Assembly (NCBI RefSeq): GCF_009914755.1
Contig: NC_060928.1
Origin: the human T2T-CHM13v2.0 reference genome, Homo sapiens
Length of the DNA stretch: 64,000 nt
Reading direction: 5' to 3' (one strand)
Shown here: positions 25,062 to 42,870 of the stretch, in pieces
Numbering within the stretch: the first letter of the stretch is position 1
How the letters are laid out: every line of letters starts with the position of its first letter
Made by a program: the position numbers and the translations under genes
Notes under the pieces: generated by a model
The model's database searches: none
The model's input: the letters and a program-made list of their open reading frames with translations, nothing else
Told to the model about the DNA's origin: nothing

Positions 25062-27745
25062 GAAAATTCAGAAAAAGAGTCAATGAAATAACTGAAGGTG
25101 TACGTTTGTTAATATTTGATTTGATTTAAACATTAGGTTATTATTTGAAGGATGGCAAACAAACCACTGTTAAACAGAAGTTATTAAATAAAATTTGAAG
25201 TGGCTTATGGCAAAATTCTATACTTCAGGGAGAATTTCAGGTGTGGATCTCATTTAAATTTTAACTATTTTAACTGAATTTGTTATACAGATTCAGATCC
25301 AAATAAAAGACCTAATTTCTTAATGAGACAATTTTCTCTTTAATATAACTGTTCTAAATTCCACTATTATTATAAAGACATAACTGTAAAGAATTAAAGT
25401 TTCAAAGACATCCAGTTCACTAAATATTGACAAAGAAAAACTATGCATTAACTAGAGTTATAGATAAAAAAAAATGAACCCAGTAAATTGCAAGTCTCTC
25501 AATTCTTCTATGGTAAAAGCAGAAGAAGGATTTGAGGAACAGCATCTTAAACATGGCAATGGTAATGCAGTATCTTCTTTACAAACAAGTTTTTAAAAAT
25601 TACACTTTCCCCTAACACAGATTATTCCTAAACAGGATTGTTTATCAGTACTTATTCTGAGCACTACAGAAAGAAAGACACAAAGATGAAAAAGACAGCA
25701 TTTGACGTAATTATCTAGTTGACAAGTTAAAAAAAAAAGAAGAAATACACTATAAAATGAAACGTAATGGAATAGTTTAAAAGAATAGCAGGTGTACACA
25801 GAGCTAGGAGTTACTAATTTGGACTAGGAAGACAGGGAAGCTGCATAGGCACTGATACTTGAAATGAGTGTTGAAGGAAGAAGCTCCAAGCTCCCAAGTG
25901 GAGAAATAATAGAAAGGAATTCAATGTAGAGATAATATAATTCCAGGAAAGACTGAAATATAAAATACAAGACAAATTGAGAAAACAGAAAATGATGTGT
26001 GTTGCTGGATTCAGGATTACAAAAGTCGAGTACCAGAGGACAAAGCTGCAAATATAGGTTCAAGTCAGATAAGACAGAATCTTACATGCCATGCTAAGGG
26101 GATATATATTGAGAAGCTAAGGACGCACTTTATTTATAACCAGTTAACTTGTCCTTCTCTAATTACTTAAGTATATCAGAGACATGGGGAATTCAGTTAG
26201 GTTGATGCTCCTTTCCTAAAGTTTCTTACATTCTTCTTTCCCTCCTGGCACCACTCAAAGTCTATTAATCAGTAGGATGGGAGAGGTGCTATATCCTTGC
26301 TGTGCTTTTTAGGCATCAGAAAGTCAGAATACCACTCTGAATAGTGTATTGAACTTTTACCTCCGATAAAACATTAGAAAATCAGAATCCTTTTTTTGAA
26401 GAAACATAACAATTAAGTAATCAAAATTTAGTACTTTGGTATTAATAATATTAAAAGTTAATAGATAGAGAAAAAAAGATAATGCCTTCCTTCTAGAAAA
26501 GCAAAATGTTATAAAGCTAAAAATAGCTTTAGATTTAGATTTCAGAATTCAATTATTGAGTTTCAGAAGTGGAAAAGTTATGATATTTTATCAATATTAC
26601 TCAAAGACCTTGGAAAAGCTGCAAACGTCTTTAATTTCTCTTGAAATTTCCTCTTTAGCTGCAATAATATAGAGCCCTGAATTTTCCCATTTTAACTATT
26701 GCCAGGTCTCCAATCAATTCTTCCGTGCTACTTTAAATTTTACCAAATCTTTTGGGGCTAGATCTGGCTAGAGTCTTGTAAAATGTCTTTATGTGCATTG
26801 CATTACTCTTTCACAGCTTTATATTAAGTTATTTTCCTTTAAGTCTGGGCAAGGAGACTGAATTCTTTGAATCATGGGGACAATTGTATAAATCTGGCAT
26901 TGTATTAACAACAGTGCTGAGCTAGTCCCAATTCTGTAAGTAGCAACATCTCTTCAGCTCAATGGCACAGGGCCTAGGTCTTCAGCCCCAGAATCTTTTC
27001 CAGTATATTAATAACTCAGATATTCATACATCTACTTATTTTAATAAAACATATTGAATTAGAGGCAAAAACCCTAACAGCCTTTCAATAAAAGATCTCA
27101 CAAAGTACCCTAATTGTGGCATGTAATTATTGATAATAAGATGTAGATTCTATTTCATAGGGTATCTGACCATATATACATCAGGAAACTAAAAAGTTTG
27201 TTCATTCTTTACAAAGACAGTGTGCAGTTACTTGATGGGCTTCGCTTAACTTGAATTAAATTGAATATTATATTTAACATTTTAAAGAGAAAATGAAAAA
27301 TTCAAAGCAAATAAAACTAGTTTTTATACTATTGCAATTAGGTATTTACTGCAATGGATAACTCATGTCTCATGAGCTATTCCAAAACTAAAAATGTACA
27401 ACTCTTTTGTTGTTTCCCTGAATATTAAAAATTTTCCAGTGTTGGAAAGATAATTGGGTTAATGTTTTTGAGAAAACTTTGAATATTATAACTATTCAAT
27501 TACTCAATTTTGATGACTAATTATACTATTCTGCTGTAGTAGTAGCTATGCTTCAGGAAATTGTAGCTATTTCCCAGTGAGTGATGAAGTGAGATTTTAA
27601 CAGCAATGAACTCTGTCTGGACATCACACAGAGATTTATAATGCTTCTAGATTCTTAAGTTTGCTTTTCTGCATCTCTGTTTTTGTTTTACAAAGTTCTT
27701 TTACCTCCTGTCACTGAAGGTTGATAATATCTACCACAGTCTCCA

Positions 27746-28035
27746 TGGTGCAGGACAGTTCTCTCGGTGGCCTTGGACTGAACCAGTTCTTTCCATTTGT
27801 TTTGCTTGTAGTTCTAAAGAATAAGTGTAGAATATGCTGAGAAAATGACATCCAGCGACAGGGAGGGGCTGGTCAGGAAAGCCCAGGTTCTGTTCCTGTA
27901 CACCGCTAGAAACAGGATGTCCTTCAGTGCTTTAGCCAAGAGAGTAGTGTGTCCTTTGTGTATAAAACTATGATAGGCTGATTTTCAGGTTACCTGAGCT
28001 GCAGTGCAAATGGAGCATTCACAGATGAGACTGTG
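27746..28035 (+). mobile_element. ERVL-class LTR fragment (LTR47-like)
   Basis: TGGTGCAGGACAGTTCTC..GGTGGCCTTGGAC..CTTGTAGTTCT..AGAATA..AGGATGTCCTTCA..GCTTTAGCC..TATAAAA, compared with a remembered LTR47 consensus. Confidence 0.5.
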
Positions 28036-28699
28036 GATAAAATACATGAGGAAAGGTGGAACTGTCACATTTATATTCAAAGAATAATATAATAAAATGA
28101 CTCTGTGCTCTCTCTCCAAGCCTGCTAATAAAGACTATAAGAAAAGTTACAACCAAAAGTAACAACTCTTCTCTCACCTCCAGCATGTATGAAAGGAACA
28201 GAGGGCTTTACACTAATCTTCAGAGAGCCACATTTACGCATACCATGGACCTGATTATTGAGCAATTGATCACAACTTTATTGGATCCTTCTTTTAATTT
28301 CTAGCACAGCAGCAACTGCATAGACTTCTGTCAGGTTTTTCCGGTGAGCAAGCTTATACAAAAATATTGTGTTTCATGACCTGAAATAAGTATATTGGCA
28401 CATTTATTAAGTATATAATTTCTCATGCCTTTAGAGAGAGTCTAGATTGAAACAAAAGGCCTCCAGATGAACAATGGAAAACATATATCTTGTAGGTGAA
28501 TGCCAATGAATAAAATAAAAATTTCTACTAATTTCCCAAAGCAGGCACGAACAATGATTACGTCCTGTCTTTCAAAAGACCCATATTGAAATAGCAACAT
28601 TACAAATGGATTTACTATTGGGTTTTGCTGCTGGTGCTTAAATTTGCAGAAGAACAAATTAGTGTTTTATAAAAATTGAACTTAAAGAAACCCCTCAGC

Positions 28700-32186
<3,487 letters not shown>

Positions 32187-32388
32187 AAAGAAACCCCTCA
32201 GCGTTATGCATTTAACATGAATATCATGGAAAACAGAACAAGTAGGAGAGGGAAGAAGATAAGAAAAAATAAAGAATTATTGCTGCCCAGATGGTTTCTT
32301 CCAACCACAGATAGGCTTAAAGAAATATAGGACAGGAATTTTAATTCTTATCAGACTCAAAATACAATAGAGTAAGGTTTTAAAAGTA

Positions 32389-32472
32389 TTAGGTTAGTGC
32401 AAAAGTAATTTCGGTTTTTTGCCATTACTTTTAATGAAAAAAAAAAACACAATTACTTTTGTATCAACCTAA
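32389..32472. mobile_element. MADE1 (Hsmar1-derived MITE)
   Basis: TTAGGTTAGTGCAAAAGTAATT...AATTACTTTTGTATCAACCTAA, a palindromic ~80-bp element. Confidence 0.9.
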
Positions 32473-32779
32473 ACCATATAAAGCACATAAGAAAGTGCCA
32501 GTTATTTTTTGTGCTAAAATGTTTAATGATGTATTTTCAAGAAATAAATATACACACACAGATAAATTATAATGTTTTCACAATCTTTTGGAATAAGCTG
32601 TCGGATCAAAACAGACTTGTAAGTAGAAACAACAAGAAATGTAATTATCAGCATTAGCATATTGTCAGGTATAAGGCTAGTTGAACCAACTATTACCAGT
32701 GAGAGTTATAGTCAGTCTAGTTGAATTATCAGCAAAACCATATCTTACAGTATAATCATTGATTTAAAAGCAAAGTTCA

Positions 32780-32860
32780 TTGGGGATCAAACCTACAGGT
32801 CCTGAACATGTATCCCAGAACTTAAAACTAAATTAAATTAAAACAACAACAACAACAACA
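32780..32860 (+). mobile_element. Very short L1 3' tip with (CAA)n tail
   Basis: CCTGAACATGTATCCCAGAACTTAAAA followed by an A-rich tail. Confidence 0.55.
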
Positions 32861-32972
32861 CAGAGGCAGAGTTACAAACAGGGCCTGAAAATATGAGATC
32901 GATTCCAGAAGTAACCTTCTGAAAAGGAAACTATTGCCTTGATAACACATGCAGAGCACAATGGAAGGTAAC

Positions 32973-33334
32973 TGCTATAGTCTGAATGCTTGTGATCCCT
33001 TGTAATTTGTATATTGAAACCTAATCCTTAACGTACTGATGTTAAGAGGTGTGGCATCTGGGTAGTGATTAGGTCATGAGGATGGAGCCCACATAAATGG
33101 GATTAGTATGTTTATAAAAGAGGCCTGATGTAGCCTCTTTGCCCCTTCCACCATATGAGGACACGGGGATAAGATATCATCTGTGAACCAGAAGAGTGAG
33201 CCCTTACCAAACACAGAATCTGCTAGTGCCTTGATCTTGGACTTCCCACCATCTAGAACTGTAAGAATAAAGATCTGTTGTTTGTCAACCACCCAGTTTA
33301 TGGTAATTTGTTATAGCAGCCCAAGGAAATTAAT
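32973..33334 (+). mobile_element. MLT1A0-like LTR
   Basis: TGCTATAGTCTGAATG...GATTAGGTCATGAGG...GCCTTGATCTTGGACTTCCCA...TTGTTATAGCAGCCCAA. Confidence 0.85.
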
Positions 33335-34776
33335 CCCAGCAGATTGTGGTAGACCAAAAGCCAGACACCAAGGAAAATCAGTAGAATAAGTAGCAGTTTT
33401 AGAACAAGACTACTTTTTGGTATAAATAAATAAATCTATACTAAACTATGGGATGCTAAGAAAATTCAGAGTTGGTTTGAAAATGTACATTCTGCCCTCA
33501 GAGATAAAATAACTTCTGGTACCCAAAAGAAAAGAGGCATTTGCAATATGAGGATGAAACAAAAACTGGAAAAAATAAACATAACCAAACACATGATCAA
33601 AGAGGCCATCAACTATTGAGCTGTCTCTTAATGTTGAGAGACAGAGGATTAACAGTTTTATACTTTAATTACCCCTACATGTGCCCAACTCAATTGTTAA
33701 ACACACACACACACACAAACTCACACAAAGTATTGTTTTAACTCAATTCATTTTTTATCAAGTTTGATATTAAGAGGAGGTTGATATTTTTAATTATACA
33801 TGTCTAAATTATGCTTGTTAAATGATTAGATCATCTAGTATTTTGTTTAAAAAGAGCCTCTGAGAGTCAAAATAAATCATGAGTTCACACCTCCAAAAAA
33901 AGTTTCTTGTTGAGACACATTCAATGCACTAACTTTCTCTTATATCACCTTTAATTTTTCAACTCTTATCAGACTATTTTCCTCAGATCCCTAAATTTAC
34001 CATCTGGGATCGAGAAACAGATATACTACAGTTAGCTGACCTCAATATCACCCTTTAGATATTATCCTGATAGACTATTTAGTTATAGGGGAGGAGAAGC
34101 AGGAAAAACAGATAAAACTCTCAATCCCAAGTCAGTTAGTTAGTAATTTTTTATGTTTCAAAAAGACATTTCAAAAGAATCAACAAATGGTAATATATTC
34201 CCTAAATAATGCCTCCTAATTGTGGACTTAAAATTGCAATAGAATCTTATACAATAAAATGTTGGAAACATAAAAAATGAAAAGGCAAGAAACACAGTGC
34301 ACTGCTTTGGAGATGTTAATGCACTTTTTTAAATCTCTGATAATGATATCATCCAGAAGTATCAAGGATTATACATATAGCCAACTTTTTAAATGCTATG
34401 CCCTAGTGCAAAGGAAATGTGTTTTCCATACAAAACCACTACATCCAGATATGTTGAGCCATATTTCCAGATACCCTTTACCAGCACTCCACTTTCGCTT
34501 TGCATTAAAACAAAATTTACTTAGAGGCCTCACAAATAATAGCTCTCTAGTATCCAATTATTGCTTGCAATTCAAGGAAATGTCTACTTATGGAAAGGCA
34601 TCAGGCCAATCACAAAGTCAAGCAATAGCCTTTGTAACTCAGTCCTACATTTTGATCATTTTCCTGTAAAAACTTTCAGCAGGATACTATACATGGGTTA
34701 AAAAGTCACACCATTTTGCGCCAAAATAGTAAGCCAGGACAGTATGTTATATAGGTAAAAATCAATGTCAATGCTT

Positions 34777-34852
34777 CTATATATACAGACATATCTATAC
34801 ACATATACATATATGTGTGTATATATATATGTGTGTGTGTGTGTTATATATA
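34777..34852. repeat. (TA)/(TG) microsatellite
   Basis: Seen directly. Confidence 0.8.
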
Positions 34853-35129
34853 TTTGTAAATATAACTAATTGATAATGAGTTATTAGGAGACGTCTAAAA
34901 ACAAACCTTCTTGGCTTCTGGTTCCTGACAAATAGAGAACTAGCTTAAGTTGCTGCTTTTCCCCTTGAAACAAATTATAGAGAAATGCCAATAACTTAAA
35001 ACTATGAAGGCAGCCTAGACTTTAGGGACTAATAGGAAAAACTGTGAATGACTACTTGAAAATAAAAGTCTAATTTTGAGCTTATGAGAGCTAAATGCAT
35101 ACATTAAGTAGATTGCCCAAAAATGAAGT

Positions 35130-35510
35130 GCCAAAGGAGAAATAAAGCAATATATAATCATAAAGAAATATACAATCATAAACATTTAATAAAACACATT
35201 AAATGGTAGCACAAGCAGGCATCAAATCATTAGGTATATAGAATACTTAAATAACGTAATTCACATACCTGACCTAGTTGACAGACAATGCAATACTGAA
35301 AAGTATGTGTTCCTTTCAAATGCATACAGGATGTACAAAATGATTGAATACATGCTGAGTCATAATGCAGATCTCAAAAAATATTATATTGAAGTTACAC
35401 AGAAAATGTTTTCTAACCCCAAAGGAATTCTACTAGGAAACAACAACAACAAAAAAGGTAATCAAAAAATCCCCAGACATTTGGAAACTAAGCAAGGCAG
35501 TTTTTAAGGC
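35130..35510 (+). mobile_element. Old L1M ORF2 (endonuclease region) fragment
   Basis: TTCAAATGCATACAGGATGTACAAAATGATTGAATACATGCTGAGTCATAA resembles L1 EN sequence. Confidence 0.55.
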
Positions 35511-35980
35511 AGAAGCATACTGATCTCAACTCTTCATCTACTTTTAACTGCATCCCCAAAATTTTGATATATTGCATTTTCGTTTTATTTAGTTCTCTCT
35601 CTCTCTCTCTATATATATATGTTTAATATATATTTTTATATATATTAAATATATATATATTATATATATTTTTTTCCCTCGAGGCTTCCTCTTGACCCAT
35701 GTGTTAGTTAGAAGTACGTTACTTAAACTCCAAATATTGGTGATTGTTTAGGTATTTCCGTTCATCATTTCTAATTTAATTTGGTTATTAGCTGTGAACA
35801 TACTTTGTATACTTTTCATTCCTTTAAATTTTAGGGTTTTTTATGATTCAGAATATGATGTATCTTGGCAAAAGTTCTCTGTGTTAAAGAATATTATATA
35901 TATATTTTTTGTTGGGTATAGTGATCTATAAATGTTATTAGTTCAGTTCGTTGATAGTATTAAGTCTTCTACATGCTTAG

Positions 35981-36350
<370 letters not shown>

Positions 36351-36545
36351 TTCAGTTCTTTTTTATAAATGTATTTTGAAACTCTGTTTTTTGGTGCAAA
36401 ATGCTTAAAATTGTCACATCTTGGAAAATTGACTGCTTTTTCATTACATAATTACCCTATCTATCTCTGATAATATTCTTTGTTCTTAAGTTTATCTGAT
36501 ATTAATATAGCTACTTAAGTTTTCTTTTAGTTAAGGTTTGTATAG

Positions 36546-36927
36546 TGACTTAGTCTGCCCAGACTGCCACAACAAAATATCATAGACTGGATGTCTAAAG
36601 CACAGAAATTTATTTTCTCATAGTTCTGGAGGCTAGAAATCTGATATGTTGGCAAGTTTGAGTTCTGATGAGAGCCCTCTTCCTGGCTTACAGATGACCA
36701 TTTTCAAGCCGTGTGCTCGCATGGCCTTTCCGTGCACATGTGCATGGAAAAGGAGAAAGAGATCTCTCTTCCTGTAAGTCCACCAATCCCACAGGATTAG
36801 GACCCTATCCTTATGGCCTCACTTGATCTTATTTACCTCTTAATAGCCCTATCTCCAAATACAGTCATATTGGGAATTAGGGTCTCAACATACATAATTT
36901 TGAGAGACACAATTCAGGTATAACACA
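36546..36927 (-). mobile_element. MLT1A/B LTR
   Basis: TTAGTCTGCCCAGACTGCCACAACAAAATATCATAGACTGG...AGAAATTTATTTTCTCATAGTTCTGGAGGCT...CACAATTCAG. Confidence 0.8.
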
Positions 36928-37372
36928 TACAATATCTTTTGCCTTCCTTTTCGCTTGCATCCTTTCCTTAACTTCATATTTGAAAAAGGTTTCTTGTAGA
37001 TAGCACATAGTTTAATTTGTTTTAATTTTAATTCAATCTAACAATCTCCATCTTTTAATTGGTGAACTTAGGCCATTCACATTTAATATTACTGGTGGTT
37101 GGTCAAAATTTACCATTGTGACAGTTGTTTTCTATTTCTTCCATGTGTTCTTTTAAAAATATTGTTCTCTTCTCTTTTTTCTGTTTCTCTTTTAGATTAA
37201 TTGGGCAATACTTATGAGACCCTTTTATTACCTATATTGACTTCATTATTTTTAAGAAAATTTCGTGGTTGACTTAAGGCTTACAATATACATATTTAAT
37301 TAATCATAGTCTACATTTAAATAATATTTACACTGTTTCACACACAAAATATCCAAAGAAATGTTAAATCTT

Positions 37373-37492
37373 GGGAGGCTGAGGCACAAGAATCACTTGA
37401 ACCCAGGAGGCAGAGGTTGCAGTGAGTTGAAATCGTGCCACTGCACTCCAGTCTTGCTGATAGAGTGAGACCCTGTCTCAAAAAAAAAAAAA
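37373..37492 (+). mobile_element. 5'-truncated Alu (right arm only)
   Basis: GGGAGGCTGAGGCACAAGAATCACTTGAACCC through poly(A); 18-bp TSD AAAGAAATGTTAAATCTT at 37355-37372 and 37493-37510. Confidence 0.92.
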
Positions 37493-37831
37493 AAAGAAAT
37501 GTTAAATCTTTCTTATAGAGTATGCCTCACGCAGTAAAGCCCCTTAGTATCTGTCTGAAAAAATATATATACACCACACACATATTTTTTCCAGCACTTT
37601 ATAAATGTCACTTCATTGCCTTCTAGCTTGCTTGTTTTCTGAAAAGAAGATCATGTATTTAAATAGTACATGGATCAATGTGCCAAAAACTGAATATTTA
37701 GTTGATGATGTATGAATACTGGCTCACTTTATGGAGAAAATAAAACTGGATTTCTATCTTATGCCATACAAAAAGGTACACTTCAAAAAAAGTTCTCATT
37801 GTGAAAGATAAGTATATGAGGTTAACAGAGG

Positions 37832-39435
37832 GAGGATCAAAGCAGACAGGATGGCGTCGAGCGGCAGGGAGCTAGGGAGTTTATTTGACCACCAGGTCCA
37901 GAGAGCAGTATGCAACACGTGGGCCAAATATCGGGAGGGACGACGGCCTCGTGCTGTCAAGATATATACAATCAATTTGGAATCTCAGTACTTATTAATA
38001 CAAGGAGTTCCCGCTGTAGGAACCATGAAGGAAATAGTTGAGCGATTCGCTTTGCATGGTGCAACTGAACAGTACAATGTTCTAGATGAATACCCTGCAG
38101 AAGACTTTACTGAAGTCTATCTTATTAAATTTATAAACTTACAAAGTGCAAGGACAGCCAAGAGAAAAATGGATGAGCAGAGCTTCCTCGGTGGATTGCT
38201 TCATGTGTGCTATGCTCCAGCATTTGAAACAGTTGAAGAAACTAGAAAAAAACCAGAAGTGCGGAAGGCATATGTAGTAAGAACTACTGAAAATAAAGGT
38301 TTTAAGCCACGTGAATATATTCCCTTCTCAAGGAATAAATTTTTGGAGTAGAATTTGTTAACATTTTTAAGTGATTTTTTAAATTATATGATTCTGAATG
38401 ATGAAAACAATACATAAGCCACTTCTGTTTTCCTTCCCCTCACCTTTTAAATTGTAATATAAAGACCATTACGTGACAAAGAAATTGGTTACAGAGCATA
38501 AAGACACAGAGAATTTTAGACAAGACTTCCACTCAGAGATGTCTGGGTTTTGTACAGCTGCTGTGAACCCTTCTGCAGGGAACTCAAATCCTTATCTTCC
38601 ATATTCCTGTGAATTGCCTTTATGTTATTTCTTCTCAAAATGTATATGTTCATCCGGGGGGCATGTAGACAGAGCATCAGACTCTTCTAAGGATGATAGA
38701 AACCATGGTAAAACAATGGGGCATTATAACCACAATGATTCTTTGCAGAAAACACAAATAAACACTTTCAAAAACTCAGTGGCCTACCCTGGTGCAGAAA
38801 AGGCTATTACTCCTTCAGAGGCAGTTGACAGACAGATTTATGCCTAGGACAACAAAACTGCAGGAGCGCCAAAGAGGAAGAGAAGATGATTGTAAAGTTG
38901 GAACTTTTCTTGAAACAAACTCAAGTAGTAATGAGGTTATGACTGGACCTCTGTTACCAGATATATCTAAAGTGGATATGCACGATGACTCATTGAATAC
39001 AACAGCAAATTTAATTTGGAATAAACTTAAACAGGTAATTTCATCTGCCAAAGCCTCCGGGGACAAGCCGGCAGAGGTACATACAAGTCATCCATTAAAA
39101 CAAAGAAGAAGAATATAGAGTGCCAGCAGCAAATTAGTATTTTCTAAAAAAAAAAAAAATTTTATTTTTAGCCTGTCATTTCAATTATTCAAGAGATTTT
39201 ACTGCTGGTATTTTTTAATGCACTCCTATTTGTAATTTTATTCAACCTACTTGTCTAAAGTCATTTCTTCTTTTTTTGATCCATACTTAATGGTGCAGAA
39301 ACTATTCTTATAATTATAACATTACCTCTCATGTATGGTAATTATATGTAAATTAATTAAAGCAAGTATGGAAACTTTACAATATAAATCAAGATAGGCA
39401 ACCAGGAAAAAACGTAATAAAATAATAATAATAAA
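37832..39435 (+). pseudogene. RBM48: RBM48 (RNA binding motif protein 48 / C7orf64) processed pseudogene
   Basis: Translations MASSGRELGSLFDHQVQRAVC...LLIQGVPAVG...LHVCYAP and ...HTSHPLKQRRRI match RBM48 from start to stop; CDS continuous except a 166-nt insert at 38299-38464; 4-bp GACA duplication frameshift at ~38827-38834; 3'UTR, degenerate A-tail 39407-39435 and TSD GTTAACAGAGG at 37821-37831 and 39436-39446. The symbol refers to the parent gene. Confidence 0.95.
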
Positions 39436-39449
39436 GTTAACAGAGGTTA

Positions 39450-40420
39450 ATAAATGTTAACAAAGATAAATTGCTCATAGATTCTATAGCATCTAATACA
39501 GGCTTTCTGTCAACAAAAGGACACAATGAACAAAGTTAAGAAACCAGTTTATTATTTCCAGAAATTATTTGCAATATCTAAAACCACAAATATCTAATAT
39601 CAGAATATACAAATAATTCTTGCTAATCCATAATAAAATGATAGTAAATCAAAATAGGAAAAAATGAGCAAAAGTTGTGAACCATTATTTCACAGAAGTG
39701 AAGACTCAAAAGAAGGTTATTACGAAAAAGACGTATTAATTTGCAATTATTACAGTGGCAACAATGAGAAAGTTATATAATGCAAGTGCTGCCTGGGAAG
39801 TAGGGATATGAAAAATTGTAGACATCGCTGGTGGGAGTTTAAATTGGCCTAGGTATTCTGAAGAGTAATGTGAAAGTATTAAATTAAAGTTATTTAAACA
39901 TAGATATATGTTATGACTAGATATAGTCATATTCTGGATGTGTATTCTAGAGCAATTCTTGCACCAGTATGAGAGAAAACACACAAATGTTCATTACAGT
40001 GCTGTCTTTAGTAGCAGTGATGTGGATGCAACCCAGGTGTTCATCGTTGGAAGGAAGGGACAAAAGGTAGTGTACGAACACTATATAAACTACATAGCAG
40101 TTAGTGAAAAACAGGCCAACTCTAAATACAGGACATGAATAGACCTTTAAAACATGGTGCTGAGTGGAAAAAAAAAGTTTAAAACATAACAGCATTTGTG
40201 TAAATTAAAGTTATATGCACATACAAGGAAAGCATGTGCAAATAAATTATAGATATCCAATGTGTCAGAATTAGTACTTCTGTTGGGAGAAAAATATAAG
40301 TGGAGAGAGGTTACACAATAAGAAATGCAGGAAAGAAAAAAGGATGGTTTGAAGAAAGGCTGAACAAGAGAGGTGCCCTGCATAAACACTTAATAACAGT
40401 GTTCTAGAAATTTGGGATTA
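39450..40420 (+). mobile_element. Old L1ME-type 3' region, host of the RBM48 retrocopy (continues from ~37660-37820)
   Basis: Decayed L1 ORF2-end motifs on both sides of the retrocopy (AAAATAAAACTGGATTTCTATCTTATGCCATACA; CTAATATCAGAATATACAAATAATTC; CATCGCTGGTGGGAG). Confidence 0.65.
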
Positions 40421-40449
40421 TGATTAATCCAACATTTTATCTCGAGAAA

Positions 40450-40672
40450 AAAATAGATGAAGTGATAGATAAATATTTAAATAGGTATGCAAATGAATGA
40501 GAGATAGATTAATAAATATATTGGTAAGTAGGTAGGTGGATAGATAGATGAAAAGAGCGGGAAGAGAGAAGAGGGAGATATGGTAGGTAGATGGATATAT
40601 GAGAGATAGATGATGGATAGAGAGAAAGACAGAAGATAGGTAGATAGATCAGACATAAAGACAAGTAGATAA
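40450..40672. repeat. Degenerate (GATA)n / purine-rich simple repeat
   Basis: Repeated GATAGAT/GGTAG units; source of the spurious Ser/Leu/Ile/Tyr ORFs on the minus strand. Confidence 0.8.
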
Positions 40673-41004
40673 AAAGCACACAACATACTCCTTGTAACCT
40701 AATGCCCAAGTAAAAGGCAGAATGGGAAAGCTTGACGAGCTGTAGCATTTCTTACAATGTAAAGGAAAATTTATTTTAAATATATATTTATTTAGAAAAC
40801 TATTGGCAAATTTCTCCTGCAAAGACCCAGGAATATGTGTGTCCAATAAGAAGGCAAATTTTGTCTTTTATAAATTTCCTATATTTGACCCTATATTCAA
40901 CAGAGTAACTCTAGAGCAATTGGCAATAGCTTTTATCTATAAATTGCTAGCATAAACTCCTGAGATGAATGCCAGTGTATTTAAGAATGGCCTGGCAATG
41001 TACA

Positions 41005-42553
<1,549 letters not shown>

Positions 42554-42745
42554 AATGTACATTTTTAAACATAGAAAAATAATAATCTAATATCTTGAAT
42601 CTATGTATGTTATCACATATGATACCTTATATATCCCACTGAACTAGAAAGGCTATATTTTTTCATTATGAATACACTGTGTGTAACCAATTGATTTATT
42701 GATATGAAGATAGATTATTGTGATATTTATAAGAAATTGTTTTAA

Positions 42746-42870
42746 TTATTATTCTTTACCTTTGTCATATTGTACATATGTATAATTATCAAATATAAGC
42801 ACTATTGTCTTTATTACTCTTTACCTTTGTCATGTTGTACACATATATAATTATCAAATATTAGCACTAT
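42746..42870. repeat. Tandem duplication, 2 x ~60 bp with a 65-bp period
   Basis: TTATTA(T/C)TCTTTACCTTTGTCAT...AATTATCAAATAT(A/T)AGCACTAT at 42746-42805 and 42811-42870, about 5 mismatches. Confidence 0.9.

Noticed and set aside
34277-34669. 130-aa ORF in non-repeat DNA
   Set aside because: No recognisable domain, splice context or coding-like composition; likely a chance ORF.
38299-38464. Insert as a U12-type intron
   Set aside because: The 5' end GTTTTAAG does not match GTATCCTT/ATATCCTT, and there is no clear TTCCTTAAC branch point.
39147-39158. A-run as the poly(A) tail of the RBM48 retrocopy
   Set aside because: The TSD lies at 39436-39446 after a second A-rich tract, so this run is internal to the 3'UTR.
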